64,000 nt of DNA from positions 4,434 to 68,433 of the forward strand of contig CAYYKL010000005.1 of assembly GCA_964441155.1 (NCBI GenBank), written 5' to 3'. Shown here piece by piece: positions 1 through 9,921 of this stretch. The notes beneath the pieces were generated by a model. The model was given only the letters and a program-made list of their open reading frames with translations. It was not told where the DNA came from and searched no databases. A program made the position numbers and the translations under genes. This DNA comes from an uncultured Pseudomonadales bacterium. Its GTDB lineage: Bacteria; Patescibacteriota; Microgenomatia; UBA1400; RBG-16-45-19. How positions within the stretch are numbered: position 1 is the stretch's first letter; each line of letters begins with the position of its first letter.

Positions 1-531
1 CCGAGTGCAACGCGAATGGATCGTTGCTGGAACCTTATGTGATTCAGTGGTGCAGAGAATAAAAATTGCATGTGCTGGAGGTTCTTCAATCGTTTTTAAA
101 AGCGCATTAAACGCTTCAGTGGTCAACATGTGCACTTCATCGATAATATAGATGCAAAATGCTCCACCCGATGGAGCCAAAATTACTTGCTCTTTAAGCG
201 TTCTGATATCATCAATACCTCGGTTTGACGCTGCATCGATTTCAATCACTGACAAGCTTGAGCCTGCTGTGATGCTCGAACAACTTTCACAGGTGTTGCA
301 CGGCTCGTTAAGACTTTTTGCTGGTACCTCAGGTGAGGGCGCGTTCTTTGAGCAATTTAAAACTTTGGCGATAATTCGAGCAGTGCTCGTTTTGCCAGTG
401 CCTCGAGGACCAGTAAATAAATAGGCATGAGAAAACGAGCCAGATTTGAGAATGGCATTGAGCTGGTTTCGGACAATTTCAATGTCGAGATCTTGTATTT
501 TAGAAGGGCGATATTTTGAATAAAATGACAT
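1..531 (-). CDS. dnaX: DNA polymerase III subunit gamma/tau, N-terminal part (runs off the window edge)
   Basis: Manual translation from ATG at 531: MSFYSKYRPS...SHAYLFTGPRGTGKTSTARIIAKVLNC...PCNTCESC...IEIDAASNRGIDDIR...YIIDEVHMLTTEAFNALLKTIEEPP. Confidence 0.95.
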   Translation of the reverse strand, partial: MSFYSKYRPSKIQDLDIEIVRNQLNAILKSGSFSHAYLFTGPRGTGKTSTARIIAKVLNCSKNAPSPEVPAKSLNEPCNTCESCSSITAGSSLSVIEIDAASNRGIDDIRTLKEQVILAPSGGAFCIYIIDEVHMLTTEAFNALLKTIEEPPAHAIFILCTTESHKVPATIHSRCTR

Positions 532-623
532 GTGGTTGTTTGCATTTAGATAATTGTTCGATCCAACCTTATCATGCCTCAACCGAAGCTGTTAAGCCCT
601 AAGTAGTCACTTTAAAAAAGAAG

Positions 624-1037
624 TTACTCGTGATGATGTCCGCGCAAGTGTTCGAGTCCATGAGCAAACAGAAATGCAAATTCATCAATGAGCGGAATAC
701 CTTTGTTCTCTGCTTGCTTTGTGGCCACATCAGCGCAGAGAGCAATATCACCTAAAAAGTCATCCGTCTCCCCTACCATGACAAACGGCTCGCTTGAAAC
801 CTGGCTTTGGGGATCAAGATACGGAAAGCTTAAGACGTCAGTCGGGGCGTCAACTGAGTGATATTCTCGGTTAAGTTCGCGCATTCGCTCGGAGTTCACC
901 AACGACACTGCTACTGAATCAGGCTTGAGATTGAGGTTTGTGAGATGCGTCGTGATTCGCTCGGTTAACTCCACCACAAAATCATCGTCAAGTGACGCAT
1001 CGTCAACCACCACTACTGAAGTGTTGTCTGTAACCAA
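624..1037 (-). CDS. ybeY: rRNA maturation RNase YbeY
   Basis: MRELNREY, PTDVLSFP, LGDI and HGLEHLRGHHH metal-binding motif; start uncertain. Confidence 0.92.
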   Translation of the reverse strand: MVTDNTSVVVVDDASLDDDFVVELTERITTHLTNLNLKPDSVAVSLVNSERMRELNREYHSVDAPTDVLSFPYLDPQSQVSSEPFVMVGETDDFLGDIALCADVATKQAENKGIPLIDEFAFLFAHGLEHLRGHHHE

Positions 1038-1064
1038 AGTAAACTCGTGTTTAAAAGCTTTATT

Positions 1065-1265
1065 TTATGCAAATATTGTTCGCTGATTTCGTCGTTTTTG
1101 CCGTTCCCATTCTTTTCGTTTTTCTTTTTTCATTTCAGATGGTTTACGGAAAAAATCGCGTTTTCTGGCTTCTTTAAGCACTTGGTCTTGAGCTACTTGT
1201 TTTTTAAACCGGCGAATGACACTCATAACCGGTTCATCTTTTTTTGCCTTGATGACTGTGGGCAC
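1065..1265 (-). CDS. rpsU: 30S ribosomal protein S21
   Basis: IRRFKKQV...RKRDFFRKPSE; GTG start at 1265 preceded by GGAGG. Confidence 0.92.
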   Translation of the reverse strand: MPTVIKAKKDEPVMSVIRRFKKQVAQDQVLKEARKRDFFRKPSEMKKEKRKEWERQKRRNQRTIFA

Positions 1266-1481
1266 GAAAAACACCTCCCATCAAACTGATTTCACGTACT
1301 TTTATATCTATTCGAAGTGCAATTGTAACACATTGCCATACGTAAGGGACATAGGGTGAGCAAAAAATACACGGACTGAGCAACACAAATACCTGCAAAC
1401 CTCGTGTTAAGAAAATTGTTTCAAATAGAGCAAAGATGAAATATTTGTGTAGTTCTCGCCAGAACACTCAAATAGAATTTG

Positions 1482-2738
1482 TTAGCCAGTAGTAACTTGT
1501 GTAAAAAAGCCACGATCTCTGATGATCTGATCAATTGAAGTTTTTTTACTTGAAAGAAGTTCAACCACAACAAGCAGCAATAACCCCAACCATTGACTAC
1601 TGGCTAGAAGCGACATGCCGGGTAAGAATGAAGGCAACCAGGCGCCGTTAAAACTTAGCAGAAATAAAACCGGCAAGTACACAAACCGTTTTTGAGCTAA
1701 TCGCAATAACACATAGGGAATAAAAAGTGCATGATAGTATTGCCACGGTGTGGGGTGAATGAGCAAGACTACTGCCAACAATCTCATGCCCCATTGCAAT
1801 CGATTTTCTGCCGTCCATTTTTTCCAGGGCGTTTCTGTTGCCATCCAGAGGCCAACAAGAAGTAGCATGCCAATACTCCAAACGCCGACAAACGTGGTCA
1901 GCCACGATCCCTCGACCCGTAAACGACCCAGCATTGAGGCAAAAGATTGGTTCTGCATGCTTACGCCATTATGTGCCGTTGGTGTTTTGACGACGTGAGC
2001 CGCATACGTGAAGTAAGAGCGCCATTGCAATGGCCAGAGCAATAAACTGAGGAGCACTATGAATGCGATTATGCTTCCGGCTACTCCTGCCTTGATTAAT
2101 TCCGATCGTTTTTTATTTACGAGGGGCAAAAGCACTGCCGGGAATAATTTCAAGCAAATGGCGAACGCCAAACCAATTGATGTGACTACTGAAGAACTCA
2201 AGAGGAAGTTTATGCTTCCCCAGGTGACCATTCCCATTGGATTTCCAGCTCCGAGTGAATAACTAACTGGGAACGACCAAGCCATAAAGGTAAGCCCCAT
2301 CCACCAAAAACTTTTTTTAAGCGAGAAGTGACGAATAAACTTTTTGGTTATGAGATGCCAGGCCAATACATATAACAGGACATTAATGATGGTGAAAACA
2401 AATTGCGCCAGAATAAGCGGGAGGCTCAAGAATGGTAAAAAAGGAATGAGGGTAAATGGCGGCCCAAAGGGAGCACTCTCGCCGATCACCCAAATTGCCT
2501 GATGTGTAAGCAAATTTTTTCCCGCATGATAGTAGGCCGTGAAATCACCCATCCCTCCACTTCCGACAATGGTGCCTAAATCAAAAAGTCGATAGCCCCA
2601 AGAAATTAGAGCCAGAACTATCGTTGCCAATAACCATAATCCACTGAGGAATTTTTTTAGCCGTGGATTTCCAGACTTTTTAGCTGAAACGGGCGGAATT
2701 ATTGCAGCCTGATTTTTTGGCAATCGCTTGGTGGACAT
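1482..2738 (-). CDS. GT87/DUF2029-type polytopic membrane glycosyltransferase
   Basis: DFTAYY, GPPF, KLFP, NQS and P-x-W-x-Y-Y motifs in a multi-TM protein. Confidence 0.75.
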   Translation of the reverse strand: MSTKRLPKNQAAIIPPVSAKKSGNPRLKKFLSGLWLLATIVLALISWGYRLFDLGTIVGSGGMGDFTAYYHAGKNLLTHQAIWVIGESAPFGPPFTLIPFLPFLSLPLILAQFVFTIINVLLYVLAWHLITKKFIRHFSLKKSFWWMGLTFMAWSFPVSYSLGAGNPMGMVTWGSINFLLSSSVVTSIGLAFAICLKLFPAVLLPLVNKKRSELIKAGVAGSIIAFIVLLSLLLWPLQWRSYFTYAAHVVKTPTAHNGVSMQNQSFASMLGRLRVEGSWLTTFVGVWSIGMLLLVGLWMATETPWKKWTAENRLQWGMRLLAVVLLIHPTPWQYYHALFIPYVLLRLAQKRFVYLPVLFLLSFNGAWLPSFLPGMSLLASSQWLGLLLLVVVELLSSKKTSIDQIIRDRGFFTQVTTG

Positions 2739-3622
2739 TAGATGCTCTTGATAAGTTCTACCACTTGTTTGAGTGTGAGTGGGGTTGGCACTTGACCTGC
2801 ATGCTTACGCGAACCATTAAGCAACATTGTCTTAGATGGATGCATATACCAAGTTCCGGTTGAATCTATGTGTTTTATCGCTTCATGAATCGGCGTTAAA
2901 TCAAAGCCTCGATCGGGTATGGCTTTGATTCTAATGTGACCTTTTTCTTGGTCTTTTCGCACAACTAATACCGAACCACGCTTTTGTGCCAACTTCACCA
3001 CCTCATCATTTTGGTTTTCAATCGCCATGGCTTTACCCCAGCGAGTTTCAAATTCAATTGTTTTATGAGCCAAATCATCGATAGCGGCGACAAATTCCTT
3101 GGTCGCTGCCAAAACGCCATCTAAACACACCATGCCAAATTCCAGAAGCTCATGATCACTAAAGTGTCTAACACTGCGCAAACCATTCAAAATTTCTTCG
3201 AGCATAAACAGATAACGATCGTTGTCTGCTTCGGGCCAATAACACGAGCCGAAATGATCGGTATCATTGATAAAATCAACGACCCGCTTGAGGGCTTCAT
3301 TATTGGAATAATCTGGATATTTAGTCAGCAAATAGTGGTATACGCGTAGCGTGGCCGAGTCGCGCAAATTGTTGTCTGGCTGATGATGGTCAAATGGCCC
3401 TAAACCAGTATCCACATGTATCACCTGGTCGCGATGTAAGCCTTTGGCAGCCAACACTTCGTCCGAAACTTCACTGCCAGCGTTTACAAAGTAATATTCA
3501 ACTTGAGAAAAATGTTGCTTGTCGAAGCGCATAAAGAGCCAACATGCGCCAATCGCATCCAAATCAGGATTTTGGTGAGTGGCCAGCATACGCACATCCA
3601 TCATGTCGTGAGTGGTTTGCAT
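2738..3622 (-). CDS. DHH-fold phosphoesterase (MYG1/DHH-like)
   Basis: THQNPDLDA and DTGLGPFDHHQ motifs. Confidence 0.7.
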   Translation of the reverse strand: MQTTHDMMDVRMLATHQNPDLDAIGACWLFMRFDKQHFSQVEYYFVNAGSEVSDEVLAAKGLHRDQVIHVDTGLGPFDHHQPDNNLRDSATLRVYHYLLTKYPDYSNNEALKRVVDFINDTDHFGSCYWPEADNDRYLFMLEEILNGLRSVRHFSDHELLEFGMVCLDGVLAATKEFVAAIDDLAHKTIEFETRWGKAMAIENQNDEVVKLAQKRGSVLVVRKDQEKGHIRIKAIPDRGFDLTPIHEAIKHIDSTGTWYMHPSKTMLLNGSRKHAGQVPTPLTLKQVVELIKSI

Positions 3623-3625
3623 AGT

Positions 3626-5356
3626 TTATTTCGCACCTAACCGTTGTAACAAAGTGGTCCGATCAATAATCTCAAACGTTGCCTCACCTCGGCGTTTCCA
3701 TTCAACCTGGTCTCCCGTTTTTTCTGACACAACTAAGCGCACCGGGCATCCGATTAAGTCTGCATCAGCGAATTTTTTTCCGGGTGATTCATCGCGCTCA
3801 TCCCACAAGACTTCAATTCCTGAATCGGTTAACTGACCATACACAGTTTTAGCTTGTTGTTCAGACCCTTTAAGAGAAATGAGATGGACTGCATAGGGTG
3901 CAATTATCTCCGGCCAGAGCAAGCCACGATCATCGTGATAGATTTCGGCGATAGTTGCCATGGTGCGGGCCAATCCAATGCCATATGAACCCATATAATA
4001 CGGCTGTTTGGTGCCATCTGATGCGATGTAGCTAGCATTAGCCATTTTGTTTGCGTAGTGATGTCCAAGTTGAAAAATATTTCCCACTTCAATGCCCCGT
4101 TTTTCGATCAGTGGTTGGCCTGAATCTGTTAAAAATCCTGCCTGGGCCATGGCAATATCAGCTTCAATCTCGTGAGTGAAATCTCGACCATAATTAACGT
4201 GTTGCGAATCAGTCGCTTCTTCTTTTTGCCCGCCGATAAAGTTTTTGACATGCTTTAGCGACTCATCGGCAACATAGATCACTCGGGCATCGCGGTTTTC
4301 ACTCGATACTTTGCGGGGCGTAATAAATGAGTGTCCCCACGAATGCACATATCCATATTTGGTGCCGATGGCCTGCAAGTCTTCCGGTGTTGCATCCTCG
4401 AGCTGACCGACCAAATCCAGCGCATGCTCTAATTTGGTTTTGTTGACGTCCAGATCTCCGCGAATGGTGGCGATGATAATATCGCCTTGCCTGCTGCGGT
4501 AGACGACATTTTTGAGATAGCGCCAAGCCGGTTGCCCATAGTGTTTCAGGTTATCTTCCATGGTGCGTACCCACTCAGGTTGATCAACGATTGCAAAATC
4601 TTTGATCTCTTCATCGGGATTTTTGTGTTCGTGCCTAAATGTTGCCACATCTTCATGAGCGTAATACGAGCCATCTTCGGTCACAAAAAATCTGCCTTCC
4701 CCTTCTGGGTGTTCAACTTGAAACTCATGACAATATTCGCCACCAATGTAGCCATTGTCTGCTTCGACAACTAAAACTTCTAACCCCAGGCGTTTGAATA
4801 TGGTGAGATAGGCTTGCTTCATGTTTTCGTATTCTTTTTTAAACGCTTGCTCATCGACATCAAAGCTGTAGGCATCTTTCATGATAAATTCTCGCAAGCG
4901 CAATAACCCTCCACGAGCTCTCAGCTCATCTCGAAATTTGTTGGAAAATTGATAAATATTTATCGGCAGATCTTTATGCGACAAATTAAATTTACGCACC
5001 ACATCGGTAAACATTTCTTCAGCCGTTCCGCCAAGGGCAAATTCCCCACCGCGCCGGTCCACAATCTTCATGAGCTCAAACCCGGCAGTACTCGTGCGAT
5101 TGGTTTCTTTCCACAATTCCAGCGGATGAAGTGTGGGTGAAAGCATTTCTTGCGATCCGGCTTTATCCATTTCTTGTTTGATCACTGCTTTGATTTTGTC
5201 GTGCACCCTCCAACCCAATGGCAACATAAAATATCGCCCAGCCGCACTTTCACGAATGAAGCCACCCTTTACTAACAATTGATGGCTTTTTAGCTTTGAG
5301 CCTTTTTGCTCACCATGAGTCGTTTTGCCAAAGAGGCTTGAATAACGCATAAGCAC
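3626..5356 (-). CDS. proS: Proline--tRNA ligase with editing insertion
   Basis: KFRDELRARGGLLRLREFIMKDAYSF, GIEVGNIFQLG, MGSYGIG, GKKFADADLIG. Confidence 0.97.
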   Translation of the reverse strand: MLMRYSSLFGKTTHGEQKGSKLKSHQLLVKGGFIRESAAGRYFMLPLGWRVHDKIKAVIKQEMDKAGSQEMLSPTLHPLELWKETNRTSTAGFELMKIVDRRGGEFALGGTAEEMFTDVVRKFNLSHKDLPINIYQFSNKFRDELRARGGLLRLREFIMKDAYSFDVDEQAFKKEYENMKQAYLTIFKRLGLEVLVVEADNGYIGGEYCHEFQVEHPEGEGRFFVTEDGSYYAHEDVATFRHEHKNPDEEIKDFAIVDQPEWVRTMEDNLKHYGQPAWRYLKNVVYRSRQGDIIIATIRGDLDVNKTKLEHALDLVGQLEDATPEDLQAIGTKYGYVHSWGHSFITPRKVSSENRDARVIYVADESLKHVKNFIGGQKEEATDSQHVNYGRDFTHEIEADIAMAQAGFLTDSGQPLIEKRGIEVGNIFQLGHHYANKMANASYIASDGTKQPYYMGSYGIGLARTMATIAEIYHDDRGLLWPEIIAPYAVHLISLKGSEQQAKTVYGQLTDSGIEVLWDERDESPGKKFADADLIGCPVRLVVSEKTGDQVEWKRRGEATFEIIDRTTLLQRLGAK

Positions 5357-5431
5357 TATATTCCTGAAGAAAACAATGGCCTTAGTGTATCATGAACGAT
5401 AGCTGCAACTCACGCGTGATATAGTTTATAT

Positions 5432-6115
5432 ATGCATAACCCGGCTAATGAAGTATTGGCTGACGCTTTAAGCTCAATTCCTCAAGAAAAAAGAGATATT
5501 GCTGTATACCCTTCGCGCAAAAATTTCCGTCGCCATTCTGCTATGCTCATCGCCGCCGTGACTGCTGTTAGTTTGGCTGGCATCGCCGCACTCATTTCAC
5601 TCAAGCCTGTGGCATATATCGGATCAAAAGCAGATGTAGCCGAACCAGCCATTATCGAAATTCAAAACTTTATCGAACCCTGCGATCTTCACTACGAAGG
5701 TTGCCATGATCCCGTATCTTATGTCGATACTTTGTCACTTGAGACAGATGTTAAAGAAAGCATGTTGCACGTTGCCCAACAATACAACCTAAGCCCTCAA
5801 ATTTTGTTAACTCTTATCTATGTGGAGCGAGATATTCCGCCATCAGTGACCATAGAACTAACCGAAGCTTCACTTGTGCGAACGGCAGAACAACTGGTAA
5901 CTGCACTTAAAAACTCGGCTAAACCTCCAAGGGTTTTCAATCATCCAACGTACGGACCATACAAGCTCAATTCACTCAATGAATCGAGCTTTGCGCTCTT
6001 GAACTACTTAGCCGTGAATACGGATAATCAATCACATTTCGAATCGGCAATTCAATCGCCGAGTGAGACTGATCCTCAGGTTGTTGGTTTTGTGGAAATG
6101 TTCAACGCACTCTAA
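5432..6115 (+). CDS. Membrane-anchored hypothetical protein, possibly LasA/M23A-propeptide-like
   Basis: N-terminal TM helix; YNLSPQILLTLI and LNESSFALLNYL segments. Confidence 0.55.
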   Translation: MHNPANEVLADALSSIPQEKRDIAVYPSRKNFRRHSAMLIAAVTAVSLAGIAALISLKPVAYIGSKADVAEPAIIEIQNFIEPCDLHYEGCHDPVSYVDTLSLETDVKESMLHVAQQYNLSPQILLTLIYVERDIPPSVTIELTEASLVRTAEQLVTALKNSAKPPRVFNHPTYGPYKLNSLNESSFALLNYLAVNTDNQSHFESAIQSPSETDPQVVGFVEMFNAL

Positions 6116-6141
6116 AACAATATTCTAGGTATTGCGTTTAT

Positions 6142-6210
6142 TGTTCGAGACGCGTCGAGAACTCAATTCATGGCTGATAGTTTTGACTTCTCACGTTCGT
6201 TCGAAGAGTA
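6142..6210 (+). repeat. Dispersed palindromic repeat, family A copy 1
   Basis: TGTTCGAG..CGAGAACT..ACTTCTC..TCGAAGAGTA, shared with 8496, 10046, 19847 and 46173. Confidence 0.8.
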
Positions 6211-6227
6211 TCTGCTCGGAAATGCAT

Positions 6228-7364
6228 TTAAGGCCATAAATTCTTAAACCAACTTTGTACGCTCGCATCTTGCACCACCCGAGAAATATCACGTGCGGAT
6301 ACCGCCACAATCATGCTGATTAGCAACATAAAACCGGCAAAGTTGGCATAGTGCTCGATCTTGGGATTAATGCGCTTCCTGCGAATTCCTTCATAGAGCA
6401 AAAAGATCACCCTGCCACCGTCTAGTGCAGGGAATGGAATCAAATTGATAATTGCTAAGTTGATTGACAAAATTGCCGCAAAGTTTAGGCGGTCAAGCCA
6501 ACCGCTCGTAAGGATTCCTTCTTTTTGAGCCATGTGCACGATCCCCACCGGCCCAGCCACCTCAACGGGAAGTTTTCCCTGGGTAAAGATATTAGCCACC
6601 ATGGTCCCCAAAGACTTCAAGAGAAGTATTCCAAATTCAACCGCCGATTGCAGTCCAACGACTGCGCCTCGAAATGGCATTTGCCAAGTTGGATAGCGTT
6701 TTAACTCGAAGTCATTGATGACCACACCGATTGAGCCTTGATCTGCGGGGATTTCTTCTTTGGAGCGAACATACACTTCGGTTGCCTGCACTTGATCGTT
6801 CCTTTTGAACTGAACGGTTGCCGTTTCACCAGCGAGCTGTTGCACCGCAGCGATAAAGCCTGCCGAGTCTTTTATTTGCAACGATACTTCGGTGGTTTCA
6901 ATTTGGGTTATCACATCCCCACTAGCCAAACCAGCCTCTTGAGCTGGAGAATTAGATGCCACCTGACTAATTTTCACACCATCAATCACCGTAGGAATGC
7001 CCATGATGGTGTAAATCGTGGCAAACGCTGCAACGCCAAAGGCAAAGTTCACGCTGACTCCGGCAATAATCACAATCATGCGCTGCCACACCGGCTTGTC
7101 AAAAAATGCTTTACCTTGAGTGCCTTTTCCCTCAGTCGTCATTGATCCATCTTCGCCAAACATGCGCACAAAACCACCAAAGGGCAGCCAATTGAGGGTA
7201 TATTCCGTTCCGCCTTTGTCTTTGTGAAGGGTTAGTGCTTTGGGTGGATAGCCCATGCCGAATTCTTCAACTTTGATACCAAACTTTTTCGCGGTCAAAA
7301 AATGACCCAATTCATGAATAAGCACGAGGAACGAAAGGATGAGGATGAAGATGATGATAGTCAT
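6228..7364 (-). CDS. rseP: RIP metalloprotease RseP (M50 with PDZ domain)
   Basis: HELGH, WLPFGGFVRM, PDZ (SPAQEAGL), NLIPFPALDGG. Confidence 0.93.
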   Translation of the reverse strand: MTIIIFILILSFLVLIHELGHFLTAKKFGIKVEEFGMGYPPKALTLHKDKGGTEYTLNWLPFGGFVRMFGEDGSMTTEGKGTQGKAFFDKPVWQRMIVIIAGVSVNFAFGVAAFATIYTIMGIPTVIDGVKISQVASNSPAQEAGLASGDVITQIETTEVSLQIKDSAGFIAAVQQLAGETATVQFKRNDQVQATEVYVRSKEEIPADQGSIGVVINDFELKRYPTWQMPFRGAVVGLQSAVEFGILLLKSLGTMVANIFTQGKLPVEVAGPVGIVHMAQKEGILTSGWLDRLNFAAILSINLAIINLIPFPALDGGRVIFLLYEGIRRKRINPKIEHYANFAGFMLLISMIVAVSARDISRVVQDASVQSWFKNLWP

Positions 7365-7407
7365 ATATTTGATGTATCGAAAGTAACTAAAGTATCAAGC
7401 CATTAAG

Positions 7408-7443
7408 AATTGATCTAATGTCTAATTATTCTAATTGCTCTAA
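7408..7443. repeat. CTAAT-unit short tandem array, inverted partner of 7836-7874
   Basis: AATTGATCTAA (7408-18) and TTCTAATTGCTCTAA (7429-43) are exact reverse complements of 7842-52 and 7860-74. Confidence 0.8.
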
Positions 7444-7462
7444 ATAATAACTAAAGCCCCAA

Positions 7463-7831
7463 TTATTTTACTTTTTTATAAATAGCATTGAAAATCAGAT
7501 GCAATTCTTTAGCTTCTTGCCATAAGAGCTTGGCTTCCTGATTCAACTCGGGCACAGCAACTATCACCATACGGATAAAGTGTTTTGATTCCCGACATTC
7601 TTTTTTAACAATGGCAATTTTATGGCGAAAATCCCTTTTACTATCTGCATCATCGGCTTCACAATAATTTGCCCCAATACTTGTTGCGCTTCTAATTAAC
7701 TGAGTAATTAATGGCCGAGTTATAGCGTCCTGAGAAATTTGTTTACAAAAGCTGATTATCTTTTCTCCAAATAACGCCGTTCTATCTTCAAGATCATATA
7801 CTTTATCTCGATTTGATTGGTTATCAGACAT
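7463..7831 (-). CDS. Four-helix-bundle protein (23S rRNA IVP / TIGR02436, bAvd-like)
   Basis: QLIRSATSIGANYCEA...SKRDFRHKIAIVKKECRES signature. Confidence 0.92.
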   Translation of the reverse strand: MSDNQSNRDKVYDLEDRTALFGEKIISFCKQISQDAITRPLITQLIRSATSIGANYCEADDADSKRDFRHKIAIVKKECRESKHFIRMVIVAVPELNQEAKLLWQEAKELHLIFNAIYKKVK

Positions 7832-7835
7832 TTGT

Positions 7836-7874
7836 AATTGGTTAGATCAATTAGGTTAATTAGAGCAATTAGAA
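7836..7874. repeat. ATTAG-unit short tandem array, inverted partner of 7408-7443
   Basis: 9-nt periodic units CTAATTGCT/CTAATTAAC/CTAATTGAT on the minus strand. Confidence 0.8.
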
Positions 7875-7879
7875 ATTCT

Positions 7880-8425
7880 TTATAATTCCATCAACTCCTT
7901 CTCTTTGGTTTCAATCATGACTTCGAGTTTTTGTTGATATTGTTCAAACAATTTTTGCATTTCTTCCATCCAACTTTTGATGTCGTCTTCCGAGACTCCT
8001 GCATCATCTTCTTTCTCATCCAATTCTTTTTTCATCCGGGTACGACTATCACGCAACATATTTTTGCCACTCTCGTGTTTTTGCTTGACGAGTTTGACCA
8101 TTTCTTCACGGCGTTCTTGGGTGAGCTGTGGCACGACGATCCGAATAATATCGCCATCAACCACCGGATTAAGATTCAGGTTACTTATGCGAATGGCTTT
8201 TTCAATGTGGCCCAAAATACTTTTATCCCAGGGGCTCACGATAAGAAGTTGTGAGTCGGGCGCAGAAACAGTTGCTAATTCATTCAACTGCATCTGTTGA
8301 CCATAGGCTTCAACCCGAATATGCTCGAGCATAGAGGGTTTAGCGCGGCCCGTGCGGATGAGTTTTAATTCTTCAGCGACAACTTCTAGGGTTTTATCGA
8401 GACGTTTTTTGAACTCATCAAACAT
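7880..8425 (-). CDS. frr: Ribosome recycling factor
   Basis: IRTGRAKP, PWDKS, LNPVVDG, PQLTQERR, KEKELM. Confidence 0.97.
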   Translation of the reverse strand: MFDEFKKRLDKTLEVVAEELKLIRTGRAKPSMLEHIRVEAYGQQMQLNELATVSAPDSQLLIVSPWDKSILGHIEKAIRISNLNLNPVVDGDIIRIVVPQLTQERREEMVKLVKQKHESGKNMLRDSRTRMKKELDEKEDDAGVSEDDIKSWMEEMQKLFEQYQQKLEVMIETKEKELMEL

Positions 8426-8495
8426 AGGGTGCTCCTGACATTAAAAATTACTTGAGCCAATTGTATCACCTAGTCAATGTTAGAAATCCCTGTGT

Positions 8496-8556
8496 TACGC
8501 TTCGAGGTACTCCGAGAAGTTTCTCATAGTAAAGTTCTCACGTTACCTCTCGAACA
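8496..8556 (-). repeat. Dispersed palindromic repeat, family A copy 2
   Basis: Minus strand TGTTCGAG..GAGAACT..ACTTCTC..CTCGAAGCGTA. Confidence 0.8.
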
Positions 8557-8601
8557 TTAAAAAGCAATGCATGATATCAGCAACATGAGAAGTGACGAAA
8601 C

Positions 8602-9054
8602 CTAAACCGCCAACCGCTCGAACGCTTCAACTTTGACGTTTTCACCCAGTTTTCCAGCCACTTGCTTGACCAATTGCTCGATGGTGAGTTTAGCGTCACG
8701 CACATATTCTTGCTTGAGTAATGCTGCGGTGGATTCTGGCTCCATTGAAACGACCTGCATGGCAAGTTCTTTGGCCAGGTTTTTGAAATCATCGGTGCGG
8801 GCCACAAAGTCGGTTTCGCACAAGAGTTTGACGATAGCACCGCTGTTGCCGTTGTGATGAATGTAAACCCCAATCACACCCTGAGCAGTTTCACGATCAG
8901 CTTTTTTCTCGGCGCGCTGCATGCCTTTAGCTGCAATCCAGGCCTCGGCTTTTTTCATGTCGCCGCCAGATTCTTCCAGCGCTTTTTTGGCATCCATGAC
9001 ACCGGCACCAGTTTTCTCTCGTAATTGTTTGATTAATTCCATTGTTACTGCCAT
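8602..9054 (-). CDS. tsf: Elongation factor Ts (short form)
   Basis: IKQLREKTGAGVMDAKKAL, LCETDFVA, KLGENV; start placed at ATG 9054 behind GGAGG. Confidence 0.96.
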   Translation of the reverse strand: MAVTMELIKQLREKTGAGVMDAKKALEESGGDMKKAEAWIAAKGMQRAEKKADRETAQGVIGVYIHHNGNSGAIVKLLCETDFVARTDDFKNLAKELAMQVVSMEPESTAALLKQEYVRDAKLTIEQLVKQVAGKLGENVKVEAFERLAV

Positions 9055-9079
9055 AAACCTCCTATATATCATACTAACT

Positions 9080-9161
9080 TGACACACTGGCTAAACTTTT
9101 AAGAGCCAGTGTGTCACCCTGAGCAGATCTAGCGAGATGTGACGAGCTAGACTGCGTAGGG
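9080..9161. repeat. 82-nt double-hairpin element, family B (intergenic copy)
   Basis: TGACACACTGGCT..AGCCAGTGTGTCA then CCCTGAGC..hairpin..CGTAGGG; same architecture and length as 21059-21140. Confidence 0.8.
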
Positions 9162-9164
9162 TTT

Positions 9165-9911
9165 CTACTTATTTCCTACTGCTTGATCCTGCGTTTTGCG
9201 TAGCGCTCTTCCATCCGCATACGCTTGGGCAATGCAGGTCATGACGAGCTTTATGGAGCGGATTGCATCGTCGTTGACGGGAATGGGATACGCAATTGGA
9301 TCAGGATCAGCGTTGCTGTCGACCATGCCGACAACAGGAATCCCTTTGCCAAAGGCTTCTTTGACTGCGGTATCTTCGTGGTGGGTGTCAACAATAAACA
9401 ATGCTTCTGGACCGTTTTTTAATCCAGCGAGACCTCCGAAAAAGCGGTTTAAACGGGCCATTTCTTTATCCAAGAGCACGCGCTCTTTTTTGGTGTAGTG
9501 AGCGAATTTGCCACCACTCAAGCCGTCTTGAAGCATTTTTAATCGATTTACTCGTTGAGTAATCTCTTCCCAATTAGTGATAACACCTCCAAGCCAGCGC
9601 TCGGTGATAAACGGTGCACCCAAGTTGATCGCTTCTTCTTTCACAATTGCTTGAGCTTGTCGCTTGGTACCAACCAAGACTATTTCTTTGCCGCTTGCCA
9701 CCCAGTCACGAACAAATTTCATCGCTTTTTCTAAGTGTTTAGCAGTGATGGCCAAATCAAAAATATGCACTCCGTCTCGAGCAGTATAGATGTATTTTTG
9801 CATCTTGGGATTCCATCGACGAATCTGGTGACCAAAATGGCACCCAGCCTCGAGCAAATCGCGCAAATCAACGGAATATTCAGCCGCTTGGGGCTGTGGT
9901 GAAGCACTCAT
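9165..9911 (-). CDS. rpsB: 30S ribosomal protein S2
   Basis: LLEAGCHFGHQ..WNPKM, RWLGG, PVNDDAIRSI. Confidence 0.98.
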   Translation of the reverse strand: MSASPQPQAAEYSVDLRDLLEAGCHFGHQIRRWNPKMQKYIYTARDGVHIFDLAITAKHLEKAMKFVRDWVASGKEIVLVGTKRQAQAIVKEEAINLGAPFITERWLGGVITNWEEITQRVNRLKMLQDGLSGGKFAHYTKKERVLLDKEMARLNRFFGGLAGLKNGPEALFIVDTHHEDTAVKEAFGKGIPVVGMVDSNADPDPIAYPIPVNDDAIRSIKLVMTCIAQAYADGRALRKTQDQAVGNK

Positions 9912-9921
9912 ATAATCTCCT

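Noticed and set aside
357-545. 62-aa minus-strand ORF and 152-424 plus-strand ORF
   Set aside because: Alternative frames overlapping dnaX.
7463-7831. Diversity-generating retroelement (bAvd-like gene)
   Set aside because: No reverse transcriptase and no TR/VR pair with adenine-specific mismatches seen in the window.
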